Assembly (NCBI GenBank): GCA_029256565.1
Contig: JAQSXQ010000001.1
Coordinates: forward strand, 1-55,360
From: Mycobacterium sp.
GTDB taxonomy: Bacteria > Actinomycetota > Actinomycetes > Mycobacteriales > Mycobacteriaceae
Length of the DNA: 55,360 nucleotides
Reading direction: 5' to 3'
The translations under genes and the position numbers were made by a program. The notes beneath the pieces are model-generated. The model saw only the letters and a list, made by a program, of their open reading frames with translations, was not told where the DNA came from and searched no databases. Shown one piece after another: positions 29,466 through 38,753 of this stretch (position 1 is the first letter of the stretch; each line of letters begins with the position of its first letter).

Positions 29466-29888
29466 TCATCGGAGCTCCTCTCGGAAGGTGTCGACGGGGT
29501 GGGCGATCGTGCTGAACAGGGCGTTGGCGGCCTGTCGCGAGTCGAGCCGCGTGTGCTGGACGACGACGGGCGCCGACGCGAGGACGACGGCCGAGTAGTC
29601 GGTGCCGCGGGGCACGGGCTCGGGGTCGTCGAGGTCGTTGAGCGTCACGTGGCGCACGCGCTCGCCGGGCACCACCACGACGTACGGGCCGGCCGGCGGG
29701 CGGTCGGCGAAGTAGAGCCGGATCTCGACGCGCGCGTCGTCGGGACCGGCGTTGAGCAGGCACAGGCTCTCGTGGCTCGCGAGAGTCGGGTCCTCGCCCG
29801 TGCCGTACGGCGGGATCCAGCCGTCGCCGATCGCCCAGCACGTCGCCCCGACCCGGGGACGACGTGCCGGGGCGTCCGGCGCGCTCAT
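29466..29888 (-). CDS. Anabaena sensory rhodopsin transducer (ASRT)-family protein
   Basis: WAIGDGWIP, SHESLCLLNAG, RVRHVTLNDL..PEPVP..TDY, VVVQHTRLDSRQA. Confidence 0.88.
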   Translation of the reverse strand: MSAPDAPARRPRVGATCWAIGDGWIPPYGTGEDPTLASHESLCLLNAGPDDARVEIRLYFADRPPAGPYVVVVPGERVRHVTLNDLDDPEPVPRGTDYSAVVLASAPVVVQHTRLDSRQAANALFSTIAHPVDTFREELR

Positions 29889-30673
29889 ACGCTGATCGAC
29901 GACTTGGCGAGGACGCCGCCGTCGCACCCGACGAGCGACCCGGTCGTGTACGACGAGCGGTCCGACAGCAGCCAGAGCACGGGCTCGGCGATCTCCTCGG
30001 GCCGCGCGAGCCGGCCCAGCGGGACCTCGCGCTCGATCTGCGCGCGCGTCGCGTCCACCTCGTCGGCGGGCACGTTGGCCCACATGAGCGGGGTCTCCGT
30101 CGGGCCGGGCACGATCGCGTTCACCCGGACCCCGTGGCGCGCGTAGTCGACCGCGAGCGTGCGGACCATGGACGAGATCGCCCCCTTCGAGGCGCCGTAC
30201 GCCGTCGCGCCCCCGGCCGCGAAGCCGACCGTCGCGGCCGGCGAGCCGCACAGCACGACGCTCCCGCCGCCGTCGCCGTCGCCGTCGCCGTCGATCATCG
30301 TGCGCAGCACCTCGCGCACGACGAGGAACGTGCCCGTCACGTTGACGTCGAGCACGCGGCGCCAGGTGCCCGGGTCGAGCTCGTGTGCCGCCCCGCCCAT
30401 GTCGATCCCCGCGCCGGCGAAGACCCCGCGCAGCGGTAGGCCGGCGCCCTCGACGACGCTCATCGCCGACTCGACGGCGGCCGCGTCGGTGACGTCGAGC
30501 ACGTGCACGCGCCCGTCGCCGCCCGCCGCCCGGACCAGGTCGACGGTGGTCGCGGCGCCGTCGTGGTCGAGGTCGAGCACGTGGACGAACCAGCCGTCCC
30601 GCGCCGCGCCCACGGCGACCGCCCGGCCGATCCCGGACGCCGCGCCCGTCACGACGAGCGCACCCGGGCTCAC
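29885..30673 (-). CDS. SDR-family oxidoreductase
   Basis: TGAASGIG, YGASK, VRVNAIVPG. Confidence 0.93.
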   Translation of the reverse strand: MSPGALVVTGAASGIGRAVAVGAARDGWFVHVLDLDHDGAATTVDLVRAAGGDGRVHVLDVTDAAAVESAMSVVEGAGLPLRGVFAGAGIDMGGAAHELDPGTWRRVLDVNVTGTFLVVREVLRTMIDGDGDGDGGGSVVLCGSPAATVGFAAGGATAYGASKGAISSMVRTLAVDYARHGVRVNAIVPGPTETPLMWANVPADEVDATRAQIEREVPLGRLARPEEIAEPVLWLLSDRSSYTTGSLVGCDGGVLAKSSISV

Positions 30674-31812
30674 GCGGGGCTCCCGAGCAGCACGTCGGCG
30701 TCGCAGTAGCGCGCGAGACGGTCGCGGTCGAGCTGGATGCCCAGACCGGGGTCCTCGGGGATCGCCAGCATGCCGTCGGCGTCGAGCGTCCAGCCGTCGG
30801 CCGTCAGGTCGTCGATGTAGGGCGAGCCGGTGACGTACTCGACGAGGTCGGTGTCGGGCAGCGCGGACGCGAGCTGCAGGTCGGTGGCGAGCCCGACGGC
30901 GGTGTTCCACCCGTGGGGCACGAGCTTGACGCCGTGGTCGTGCGCGGACCAGCCGATGCGGCGCAGCTCGCTCGTCCCGCCGACCTTCGTGACGTCGGGC
31001 TGCACGATGTCCAGGGCGCCACCCTCGATCCACGGCTGGAACGACTGGCGTCGGGTGAGCACCTCGCCGCCCGAGATCGGGACGGGTGAGCGACGTCGCA
31101 GGTGCGTGTAGTCCTCGATCGCGTCCGGTGGCAGCGGTTCCTCGAACCACGCGACGCCGTACGCGTCGAGCATGCGTGCGGTGCGCAGGGCCCACTTGTA
31201 GCCCTGGCTCCACGCGCTGTCGCTGCCGCCCGCGTCGACCATGAGCATCGCGTCGGGGCCGATCGCGTCGCGCGCCGTGGCCACGATGCGCTCGTCGAGC
31301 CGCTCGTCGACCCGGCCGAAGGGTCCCCAGCCGATCTTGAACGCGGTCCACCCCTCGGCGCGAAGCGCGGTGAGGTGGTCGCGCAGAGCGTCGGGCTGGT
31401 CCATGAGCAGCGACGCGTAGGGGCGGACCCGGTCGCGGTACCGCCCACCGAGGAGGCGGCCGACGGGCTGGCCGGTCGCCTGGCCGAGGATGTCCCAGAG
31501 CGCGGTGTCGACGCCGCTGATGGCGTGAGTGATCGAGCCGCCGCGGCCCATCCAGAACGTCGTGCGGTGCAGGCGCTCGCTCGTGCGCTCCGGCTCGAGC
31601 GCGTTCGCCCCGACGAGGAGCGGCCGCAGCACGTCGAGCGCGCCCCGCACCAGGTCCTCGGTCGTGAACACGCTGCCGACCCCGACGACCCCTTCGTCGG
31701 TGTGGACGGCGACGAGAGTGTGCACGACGTCGTCCTGACGCAGCTCTTCCTGCCAGCCTCCTTCGGGCGTGGCGCCGCGCAGTCCAGCGGCGGTGATGGC
31801 GGTGATCTTCAT
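30670..31812 (-). CDS. Mandelate racemase/muconate lactonising enzyme family (acid-sugar dehydratase-like)
   Basis: AISGVDTALWDILG, MVDAG, WFEEP, GGE, VQPDVTKVGG, PHGW. Confidence 0.93.
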   Translation of the reverse strand: MKITAITAAGLRGATPEGGWQEELRQDDVVHTLVAVHTDEGVVGVGSVFTTEDLVRGALDVLRPLLVGANALEPERTSERLHRTTFWMGRGGSITHAISGVDTALWDILGQATGQPVGRLLGGRYRDRVRPYASLLMDQPDALRDHLTALRAEGWTAFKIGWGPFGRVDERLDERIVATARDAIGPDAMLMVDAGGSDSAWSQGYKWALRTARMLDAYGVAWFEEPLPPDAIEDYTHLRRRSPVPISGGEVLTRRQSFQPWIEGGALDIVQPDVTKVGGTSELRRIGWSAHDHGVKLVPHGWNTAVGLATDLQLASALPDTDLVEYVTGSPYIDDLTADGWTLDADGMLAIPEDPGLGIQLDRDRLARYCDADVLLGSPA

Positions 31813-31864
31813 GGGGTGTCCTCTCGTAGGGGTGCGGTTGCGCCCGTCGGGTGCGGCGGGACGG

Positions 31865-33490
31865 TCAGCGGCGCGGCAGGTGGCGGCCCGCCCGTGTGCC
31901 CAGGTGCTCGCCGTCCCGGACGACGACGCGGCCGTTGACGACCACGTGGGGGACGCCGCGCGCGTAGGTGCCCGTGTACGCGAACGTGTCCTGGCGGGCC
32001 AGCTCGTCGAGGTCGAGCACGGCGAGGTCGGCGAACGCGCCAGGGCGGACGCGACCCCGGTCCTGCAGCCCGAATCGGTCCGCGACCATGGAGGTCAGCT
32101 TCCGCACGGCCTCCTCGAGGGTGAGGGTCCGCGACCGGAGCACGTGGTGGGAGATGTAGTGGGTGTGGCCGGTGAAGAACAGCGGGTGGCGCGTGCGCCG
32201 CGACAGCGGCCCGTCGAGACGGCTCGTGAACCCGTCGACGCCGAGGGCGAAGAGGGGGTGGGCGACTGCTTCGGCGACGTGCTCCGGGGTGAACAGGCGC
32301 CCCAGGAGCTGCACCGAGCCCATCGCCGGTCCGGCAGCCTGCAAGATGTCGAAGAACACGTCCCACTCGGAACAGCCGGACTCCTCGGCGAGGCTCGTGA
32401 CGGTCCTGCCTTCCGCGCCGGGGGTCGCAGGGCTCGTCGCGATGGTGACGCGGTCCCACTGCCCCTTGTGGACGAACCGCCAGTACCGGTCGCAGTCGGC
32501 GCGCAGCCGCGCGCGCGTCGCGCCGGAGCGCAGTGACTCGGCCGCCTGCACGGGACCGTCCGCGAGGAACCAGGTGGGAAGAAGGCCCGTCGCGAGGCCG
32601 ATCCCGTGCGGGTAGGGCGTCATGTCGGCGAGGACGTCGGTGCCCCTCTCACGTAGTCGCTCCAGTCGTCCGACGGCGTCGTGCCAGGCACCGTCCGGGG
32701 CGCCGGTGTCGTGGCGCACGTTGAGGTGCGAGAGCTGGGCGCGCAGCCCGTTCCTCGTCGCGATCTCGGCGAACTCGTCGACGGCGTCGAGCAGGTGCAC
32801 GTCGCGGTTGCGGATGTGGCTCGCGTAGATCCCGTCGTAGCGCGCGAGCGTGGCGGCGACCGACACGAGCTCCGCGGTGTCCGCGTCACGACCCGAGCCA
32901 TACTCCAGGCCCGTCGACATCCCCAGCGCACCGGCCTCCATGGCCTCGGTGAGGTAGCGGGTCATGCCTGCGACGCCTCGGGAGTCGGCTCCCTCACCGC
33001 GCACGCCGGCTGCGTCGCGCAGCGCGGTGTGGCCCACGAGCCACGCGAGGTTCTGTGCCGTGGCCCCGTCGTAACGGTGGACCACGTCGAGCAGCTCGCC
33101 GAAGCTGCGCCACGTGACGTCGCCGTCGTACCCGTGCCCCCGGAGCGCGTCACGCGCAGCCGAGACGCCGTCCGTGGCGAGCGGGGCGTAGGTGACGCCG
33201 CAGTTGCCGACGACCTCGGTGGTCACGCCCTGCCGGACGGTGCTCTGGGCGTCGCGGTTGCCGAGCACTGACCAGTCACTGTGGCTATGGGGATCGATGA
33301 AGCCGGGCACGACCGTGAGTCCGGCGACGTCGAGGATCTGCTCCGCGTTGGCCTCCAGGCCGGTCGCGACGGTGACGACCTGGTCGCCGCGCACGCCGAC
33401 GTCCGCCCTGCGCGCCGGGCTACCCGTGCCGTCGATGACCGTGCCCCCGCGGAGCAGGAGGTCGAGCGGGGCCCGGGTCGCGGCGGTCAT
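31865..33490 (-). CDS. N-acyl-D-amino-acid deacylase (amidohydrolase)
   Basis: VIDGTG, PGFIDPHSHSD, QGVTTEVVGNCG, GMSTGLEY, YASHIRN, DRGRVRPGAFADL. Confidence 0.92.
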   Translation of the reverse strand: MTAATRAPLDLLLRGGTVIDGTGSPARRADVGVRGDQVVTVATGLEANAEQILDVAGLTVVPGFIDPHSHSDWSVLGNRDAQSTVRQGVTTEVVGNCGVTYAPLATDGVSAARDALRGHGYDGDVTWRSFGELLDVVHRYDGATAQNLAWLVGHTALRDAAGVRGEGADSRGVAGMTRYLTEAMEAGALGMSTGLEYGSGRDADTAELVSVAATLARYDGIYASHIRNRDVHLLDAVDEFAEIATRNGLRAQLSHLNVRHDTGAPDGAWHDAVGRLERLRERGTDVLADMTPYPHGIGLATGLLPTWFLADGPVQAAESLRSGATRARLRADCDRYWRFVHKGQWDRVTIATSPATPGAEGRTVTSLAEESGCSEWDVFFDILQAAGPAMGSVQLLGRLFTPEHVAEAVAHPLFALGVDGFTSRLDGPLSRRTRHPLFFTGHTHYISHHVLRSRTLTLEEAVRKLTSMVADRFGLQDRGRVRPGAFADLAVLDLDELARQDTFAYTGTYARGVPHVVVNGRVVVRDGEHLGTRAGRHLPRR

Positions 33491-34872
33491 CGCAGCTCCT
33501 CGTCGTGCCGGTCGACCACACGGCTGAGGAAGACGAGGGACACCAGTGCCCCGAACGTCAGGTAGAAGGCCGGGGCGACGTCGAGGCCGGACCGGGTCGC
33601 GAGGAACGTGTTCACGAACGGGGCGGTCCCGCCGAACACCGCGACACCGATGTTGTACGAGCTCGAGAAGGCAGACGACCGGACTCTTGTGGGGAAGAGC
33701 TCCACGAACATCGCCGCCATGGGGCCCGAGACGAGGGCGAAGAGCGTCACGAAGAGCACCTGACCGGTGACCGCTCCGGCGATCGTCCCGCTCGTGACGA
33801 GCAGGAAGATCGGGTAGGTGCCGACGGCGAACAGCGCCATCGCGGTCATCATCAGGGGCTTGCGCCCGACCCGGTCGGACAGCGCGCCGGCGGCGACGAT
33901 GAGGGGGACCTCGATCACGAGGGCGAGCGCGTTCGTCATGAGCGCGTCTGCGAGCGGCAGCGCCCCGATCCCGGAGAGGAACGCCGGGAAGCTGGTGGCC
34001 GTGTAGCCGTAGAGCGTGACGCCAAAGACGATCCCGAGGACGAGCAGCCAGCTCCGCCGGTTGCCCCCGGGGCCCTCGCCCGGCGCGGCGCTCCGGTCCG
34101 GGGCATGCTCCGTGACGGCCGCGGCGTGCGGGTCGGCCGGAGCTGCCGTATGCGACGCGTGCAGCGCCCGGTAGGCAGGGGACTCGTCCAGCTTGAGGCG
34201 CACGAAAAGGCCGATCGCCGCGACGACGCCGCCGGCGATGAACGGGACGCGCCAGCCCCACGCGTCGACGGCGTCCTGGGGCAGCGCCCTCACCATGAAG
34301 GTCGCGACACCGGTCCCCAGCAAGAACCCCGCCACGGTCGAGGCTTGGACGATGCCCGAGAACAGGCCCCGGCGCCCCGTGCGCGCGTACTCGATGAGGA
34401 ACGTGGCGCCACCTGTCCACTCGGCGCCGACCGCGAGGCCCTGGATCATCCGCAGCGCCACGAGGAGGGTGGGTGCCAGCGCACCCACGGCGGCATACGT
34501 GGGAAGCAGGCCGATGAGGAGGCTCGAGAGCCCGACGATCACCATCGTGATCGCGAGCATGCTGCGCCGGCCCGCGCGGTCGCCGAGGCGGCCGAGGACG
34601 ATCGCCCCGATCGGCCGACAGACGAACCCGACGGCGTATGACGCCAGGGTGACGAGGAGCGAGACGGTCGGATCGTCGGACGGGAAGAACAGGCGACCGA
34701 TCACCGCGGCCATCGCGGCGTAGATCGCGAAGTCGTACCACTCCAGGACGGTCCCGAGCACCGCCGCCGCGGTGACCTTCCCCGGGACCTTCCCGTGCCG
34801 TGCCCCGGCGGCCACCGCGGGGTCGCCGTCCGTGCGGCCGCCGGGGCCGCGAACGTCTGCAGGAAGCGCCAT
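33487..34872 (-). CDS. MFS transporter, metabolite:H+ symporter (ProP-like)
   Basis: GTVLEWYDFAIY, GDRAGRR, RMIQGLAVGAEW, WGWRVPF, ESP. Confidence 0.93.
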   Translation of the reverse strand: MALPADVRGPGGRTDGDPAVAAGARHGKVPGKVTAAAVLGTVLEWYDFAIYAAMAAVIGRLFFPSDDPTVSLLVTLASYAVGFVCRPIGAIVLGRLGDRAGRRSMLAITMVIVGLSSLLIGLLPTYAAVGALAPTLLVALRMIQGLAVGAEWTGGATFLIEYARTGRRGLFSGIVQASTVAGFLLGTGVATFMVRALPQDAVDAWGWRVPFIAGGVVAAIGLFVRLKLDESPAYRALHASHTAAPADPHAAAVTEHAPDRSAAPGEGPGGNRRSWLLVLGIVFGVTLYGYTATSFPAFLSGIGALPLADALMTNALALVIEVPLIVAAGALSDRVGRKPLMMTAMALFAVGTYPIFLLVTSGTIAGAVTGQVLFVTLFALVSGPMAAMFVELFPTRVRSSAFSSSYNIGVAVFGGTAPFVNTFLATRSGLDVAPAFYLTFGALVSLVFLSRVVDRHDEELR

Positions 34873-34988
34873 TGCTCTACCTCTCCTTAGGTGCTGTGGT
34901 CGGCGACTCTAGGACGATGAATGGCAGATGGTCAACCATCGCCCATCGGATAGGATGCAGCCGTTCCGAGTGATAGGGGATCGTCGCC

Positions 34989-35630
34989 GTGCCCGCCCTG
35001 CCCGCAACACCGCCCGAGTCGCGGCGCGACTGGGTGCTGCGCCACCTGCGCGAGCGCATCGCCTCCGGCGACCTCGCTGCAGGGGACCGTCTCGTCGAGC
35101 GCGACCTCTCCGCCGCCTACGGCATCAGCCGCGGCCCCGTCCGCGAGGCCATCATGGTCCTCGAGCAGGAGGGCCTGGTGGTCGCCCACCCGTACCGCGG
35201 CGCAGTCGTCGTCGACATCTCCCAGGAGGAGATCGCCCAGATCCTGGTCCCGGTCCGCACGGTCATCGAGAAGGTCGCGTTCCGGTCCGCCGCGATCGCG
35301 CAGGACGACGAGCTGCTGGACGCCCTGCAGCTGAACGTGTCAGCCATGGAGCAGGCCGTGGACCCGCTCGACGCCCGCAGGCTCGCCGATCTCGACCTCG
35401 CCTTCCATGAGTCGGTGATCGCCGCGGCGAGCCACACGCAGTCCCTGCAGATCTGGCGCCTCATCCAGCCGCGGGTCCGGGTCTACTTCGTCCGCGACGC
35501 ACCGCATCACGATGACCCGCAGACGGTGGTCGAGCAGCACCGCCACCTGCTCGCCGCACTACGGTCCGGTGACCCCGAGCGAGCCGAACGCGCGATCGAG
35601 GCCCACATCTCCGTCTACCTGCATCCCTGA
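34989..35630 (+). CDS. GntR-family regulator (FCD domain)
   Basis: GDRLVERDLS..YGISRGPVREA HTH, DLAFHE, EQH. Divergent from the catabolic operon. Confidence 0.92.
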   Translation: MPALPATPPESRRDWVLRHLRERIASGDLAAGDRLVERDLSAAYGISRGPVREAIMVLEQEGLVVAHPYRGAVVVDISQEEIAQILVPVRTVIEKVAFRSAAIAQDDELLDALQLNVSAMEQAVDPLDARRLADLDLAFHESVIAAASHTQSLQIWRLIQPRVRVYFVRDAPHHDDPQTVVEQHRHLLAALRSGDPERAERAIEAHISVYLHP

Positions 35631-35981
35631 CCAATCCGACAACCACGCTCGGGCGGCATTGGCCACGCGATACGACGGGCTGTGTTCCGGACGGGGGCGC
35701 CGGCACAGCGGGCGCGGTGAGGATCCTCGTGACGAGGCAGGCGTTGCTGCGCACATGCGCACGCCACGTACCCATCGAGCTCGCTGCTGAAGGCAGGCCC
35801 ACCAGTCTGGCCGCTCTGGCTCTCTACGCCCTGCTCGCCGCCACGAGCAACGTCCTGGTCGAGAAGGCACACCAGGTCCGACCACGGATGGATGCCCCGG
35901 CCGCGGACTCCTGGCACTGTGGCGTGGCGTCGCCGGCGGCAGCTGGCGACGAACGAGCGTCGAAGAAAGAGCAGGCCGTCC

Positions 35982-36578
35982 GTGTTCCACCAAGTCCCTG
36001 TGCTCCCGGTCGTCATCCCGGTCGCCACCGCGGTACTCGCGCTGATGCTGTGGTCCCTGCGCCGCAATCGGCGGCTCACCGCACTGCGCGGGGCGGTCGC
36101 CGTCGTGCTGTGCGTCTACGTCGCCGGCGTTCTGGCCAACACGGTCTTCCCGATCTACACGGACAAGCCCACCGGAACCGCGCCGTGGAGCAACTACCTC
36201 GCCCTGGTGCCGTTCACGGACTACGAGGTCGCGGACGCGGCCATGAACATGCTGGTGTTCGCCCCGGTCGGAGTGCTCGTTCCGCTGCTCGTCGCCCGAG
36301 CCGGGTGGGGGACCGTCGTGGTGGTCTCCGCCGTCGTGAGCCTGGCGATCGAGGTCACGCAGTACGCGACGGCTCACCTGCTCGGGGGTGGGCACATCGC
36401 CGACGTGAACGACATCCTGTCCAACGTCGCCGGTGGGGTGGTCGGCTTCGCCGTCTTCGCCGTGCTGGTGCGAGTGCCGCCCGTCAGCGCCGTCGTGGAC
36501 CGGTTCCGCTGGCGCGGGGCCGACCCGGCGGTGCCGCCGAGCCCTAGCCTGGAAATGGGTCAAGAGGGGTTTAGGTGA
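35982..36578 (+). CDS. VanZ-family membrane protein
   Basis: NMLVFAPVG, SLAIEVTQY, ADVNDILSNVAG. Confidence 0.85.
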   Translation: MFHQVPVLPVVIPVATAVLALMLWSLRRNRRLTALRGAVAVVLCVYVAGVLANTVFPIYTDKPTGTAPWSNYLALVPFTDYEVADAAMNMLVFAPVGVLVPLLVARAGWGTVVVVSAVVSLAIEVTQYATAHLLGGGHIADVNDILSNVAGGVVGFAVFAVLVRVPPVSAVVDRFRWRGADPAVPPSPSLEMGQEGFR

Positions 36579-36600
36579 CATAAGGTAACTTATCGGCCTG
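36573..36600 (-). other. dif-like XerC/XerD recombination site
   Basis: Minus strand reads CAGGCCGATAA-GTTACC-TTATGTCACCT (11-6-11), matching the actinobacterial CGATAA-N6-TTATGTCA pattern. Confidence 0.75.
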
Positions 36601-36645
36601 ATTTTGGGCAGACTTCTCCCTACCCATCAGTCAAGGTGCGTTTCG

Positions 36646-36804
36646 CTACTTGCTCTGCGGTCGCTGCGCCTTGGCGAGTCGGACGGCGCGCTCGTTCGCG
36701 CGGTCCGAGACCAGGGGCAACAGGCGGGTCACGAGGAGCGTGGCCGCGTGAAGCAGAGCGGTAGCCGCAGACAGGATCGCCGCGAGAGCGGGGATGAGGT
36801 CCAT
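36646..36804 (-). CDS. Small hydrophobic peptide (52 aa)
   Basis: AGAAAGG RBS, one TM helix and a basic tail. Confidence 0.5.
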   Translation of the reverse strand: MDLIPALAAILSAATALLHAATLLVTRLLPLVSDRANERAVRLAKAQRPQSK

Positions 36805-37003
36805 GTCGCGACCTTTCTCTGGTGGGTACCAGCCGAAGCTGGATGTGGCCGCAGCGCAGTCGCTGCGGAGCTGTGGTGGCACCGAAGTGCGCGGTTAGCG
36901 TTCGTCGGCTTCCCGGCGAGGTCGTCGATGACGTCGCCTGGACATGACAACGCCCGGCACTCTGGCCGGGCGCGAGAAGCCGGATCGGAAGTAGCTGGGC
37001 TTG

Positions 37004-37684
37004 TCAGTCCCGTCGTCGGTGATGGTGTCGGCGCGCGACGCGCAGGACATGCAGGGGGTCGAAGCGGTGCGTTCGCCCGGGGGTGTCGAGCGGGCGGAGC
37101 AAGCCACGGTGGACCCATGCTCGGATCGTCGATGGCAGGACGCCAGCGAGGTCCGCCGCCTCAGCAGTCGAGACCCGGCGTCGCATCAGCGCGGGTCGGA
37201 CGAGGAAGGGCGCGGGGGTTCGCCGCGTCCGCCGCCCTGCTTCGCGCTGCGCTTCCGAGAGGTCGCCTCGTCGGTACACGTGTGCCCGACCACGCGTCCC
37301 AACGGCCTTGAGGTATCCGCGATGGACCCACTGGCGCACGGCGGCAGCCGACACACCCAGTTCATAGGCCGCTTGCTGCGCGGTGAGTTCCTCGTCCTGG
37401 AACGGTTCTGGAGGCCACAGGTCGTCGTGGTCGACCACCGCCCTAGACGGCCTGGCTCGAGGTTGAGCCCCGGGAGGAGCTGCGAAGGGGTTCCGGGTGC
37501 GGCGATCCAGCGCCGGAGGGATCGTCGCTGCGCCAAGGACGTCGCGTACCTGCCGAACGACGTTGGGCTCGAGAGCTGACGATGCCGATCGAGGCGACGG
37601 GCCAAGTTTCCGCGCCTCGGCCAGGACCTGGTCGGCGCCGACGCCGAGTTCTCGCGCGAGTTCATACACACGCAGAAGTGCCAC
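37004..37684 (-). CDS. IF2_N-like domain fused to two excisionase/MerR-type HTH domains
   Basis: RVYELARELGV...RSASSALEP; LTAQQAAYELGVSAAAVRQWVHRGYL; VSTAEAADLAGVLPSTIRAWVHRGLL. Confidence 0.75.
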   Translation of the reverse strand: MALLRVYELARELGVGADQVLAEARKLGPSPRSASSALEPNVVRQVRDVLGAATIPPALDRRTRNPFAAPPGAQPRARPSRAVVDHDDLWPPEPFQDEELTAQQAAYELGVSAAAVRQWVHRGYLKAVGTRGRAHVYRRGDLSEAQREAGRRTRRTPAPFLVRPALMRRRVSTAEAADLAGVLPSTIRAWVHRGLLRPLDTPGRTHRFDPLHVLRVARRHHHRRRD

Positions 37685-37756
37685 CCTTAAGTGTGACACT
37701 GTCACGATAACTGCCTGAGTGTTCCGGGGCGGCGCGCCGGTTGCCCTGTGATAGCA

Positions 37757-37790
37757 ACAGAAAAGCCCCGAGGCTATCTCGGGGCTTTCT
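37757..37790 (-). terminator. Intrinsic terminator
   Basis: AAAGCCCCGAG-N5-CTCGGGGCTTT with a U-tract on the minus strand. Confidence 0.65.
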
Positions 37791-38063
37791 AGTCCGGGGC
37801 ACACGTCTCCCCCACTGACTGTGACATTACATGTGAAGATCGGCCAGCAACGGTGCGACACGCCGTACGAGGTCGCCTGTGGAGCCTGTGTCAGCGCGTA
37901 GTCACAAGAACTCCGAAGGCCTGATCCTCTGGTCTCCTCAGGGCAGGCAGCAAGCACCCACCGTTTTCACGGTATGCGTTCGCATCTCTGTGGGCAACGG
38001 CGGCGCGCCCGAGGGCGCACGCGGCCCCCACCATGTCGGTGGCGGTCGCTACTTTCACCCATC

Positions 38064-38363
38064 GTGACGGAAGCAGTCTGGGTAGCGCTCTGCGGCGGCG
38101 TAGGGGCCGCCTTGGTCGGCGTATGGGGACCAGTCCTCCTGGTGGCCCACACACGCCGTGTTGAGCGGCGCGACGCACGAGAGCTGAGAACCGCCAACGG
38201 CGTCGCGGCGATCGTGCGCGCCGCCACAGCACTGCGCAATCGGCTCGGCCTCGCACGCTTCCGCCACGCGAACGAGGAGCTCCTCGCCCTCGTCGATGCG
38301 GTCACCGACTTCTCTGCGACCGAGCTGAAGGCCCATCCCCGAGTCTGCCTTTGGGCTCCTTGA
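38064..38363 (+). CDS. Hypothetical membrane-anchored protein (possibly truncated)
   Basis: N-terminal TM segment followed by a helical region. Confidence 0.35.
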   Translation: MTEAVWVALCGGVGAALVGVWGPVLLVAHTRRVERRDARELRTANGVAAIVRAATALRNRLGLARFRHANEELLALVDAVTDFSATELKAHPRVCLWAP

Positions 38364-38753
38364 CCGGCTGGACGAGATAAGCAGTCGCATGGAGCGTGTC
38401 GAGAGAGAGCGCTGGTCCCGGCATCACCTCGAGAACCTTGAGGATGTGACCATCGTCCTCGCCGAGACTGTCGCGACCCTCACCACCTGGCACCAAGGTC
38501 TCCTGAAGCCGGAAAAGCTGACCCTGCCAGGACAAGCGAGCACCAACGACTGAGACGCAAAGTGCTTCCCCAGTCTCTGTCGCCCTCCGACCTAACCGCG
38601 GAGCCCCGTGTAGATCCAACCGCGAGACGGGCTGCGTCCCTGGTGCCACGACCGCGCCGCTCGGCTCAATCGCCCTTGATTCGGCAGTGGCCAGACGGGT
38701 CACACGCGCGCCCGGGTCCCGCGCCGCAGTTTGGGCTCTGTGAGAATGATGCC

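Noticed and set aside
29466-29888. Light-sensing system
   Set aside because: No opsin or retinal-synthesis genes; the context is catabolic.
35982-36578. Glycopeptide resistance locus
   Set aside because: VanZ-like genes are widespread and no vanHAX or vanRS is present.
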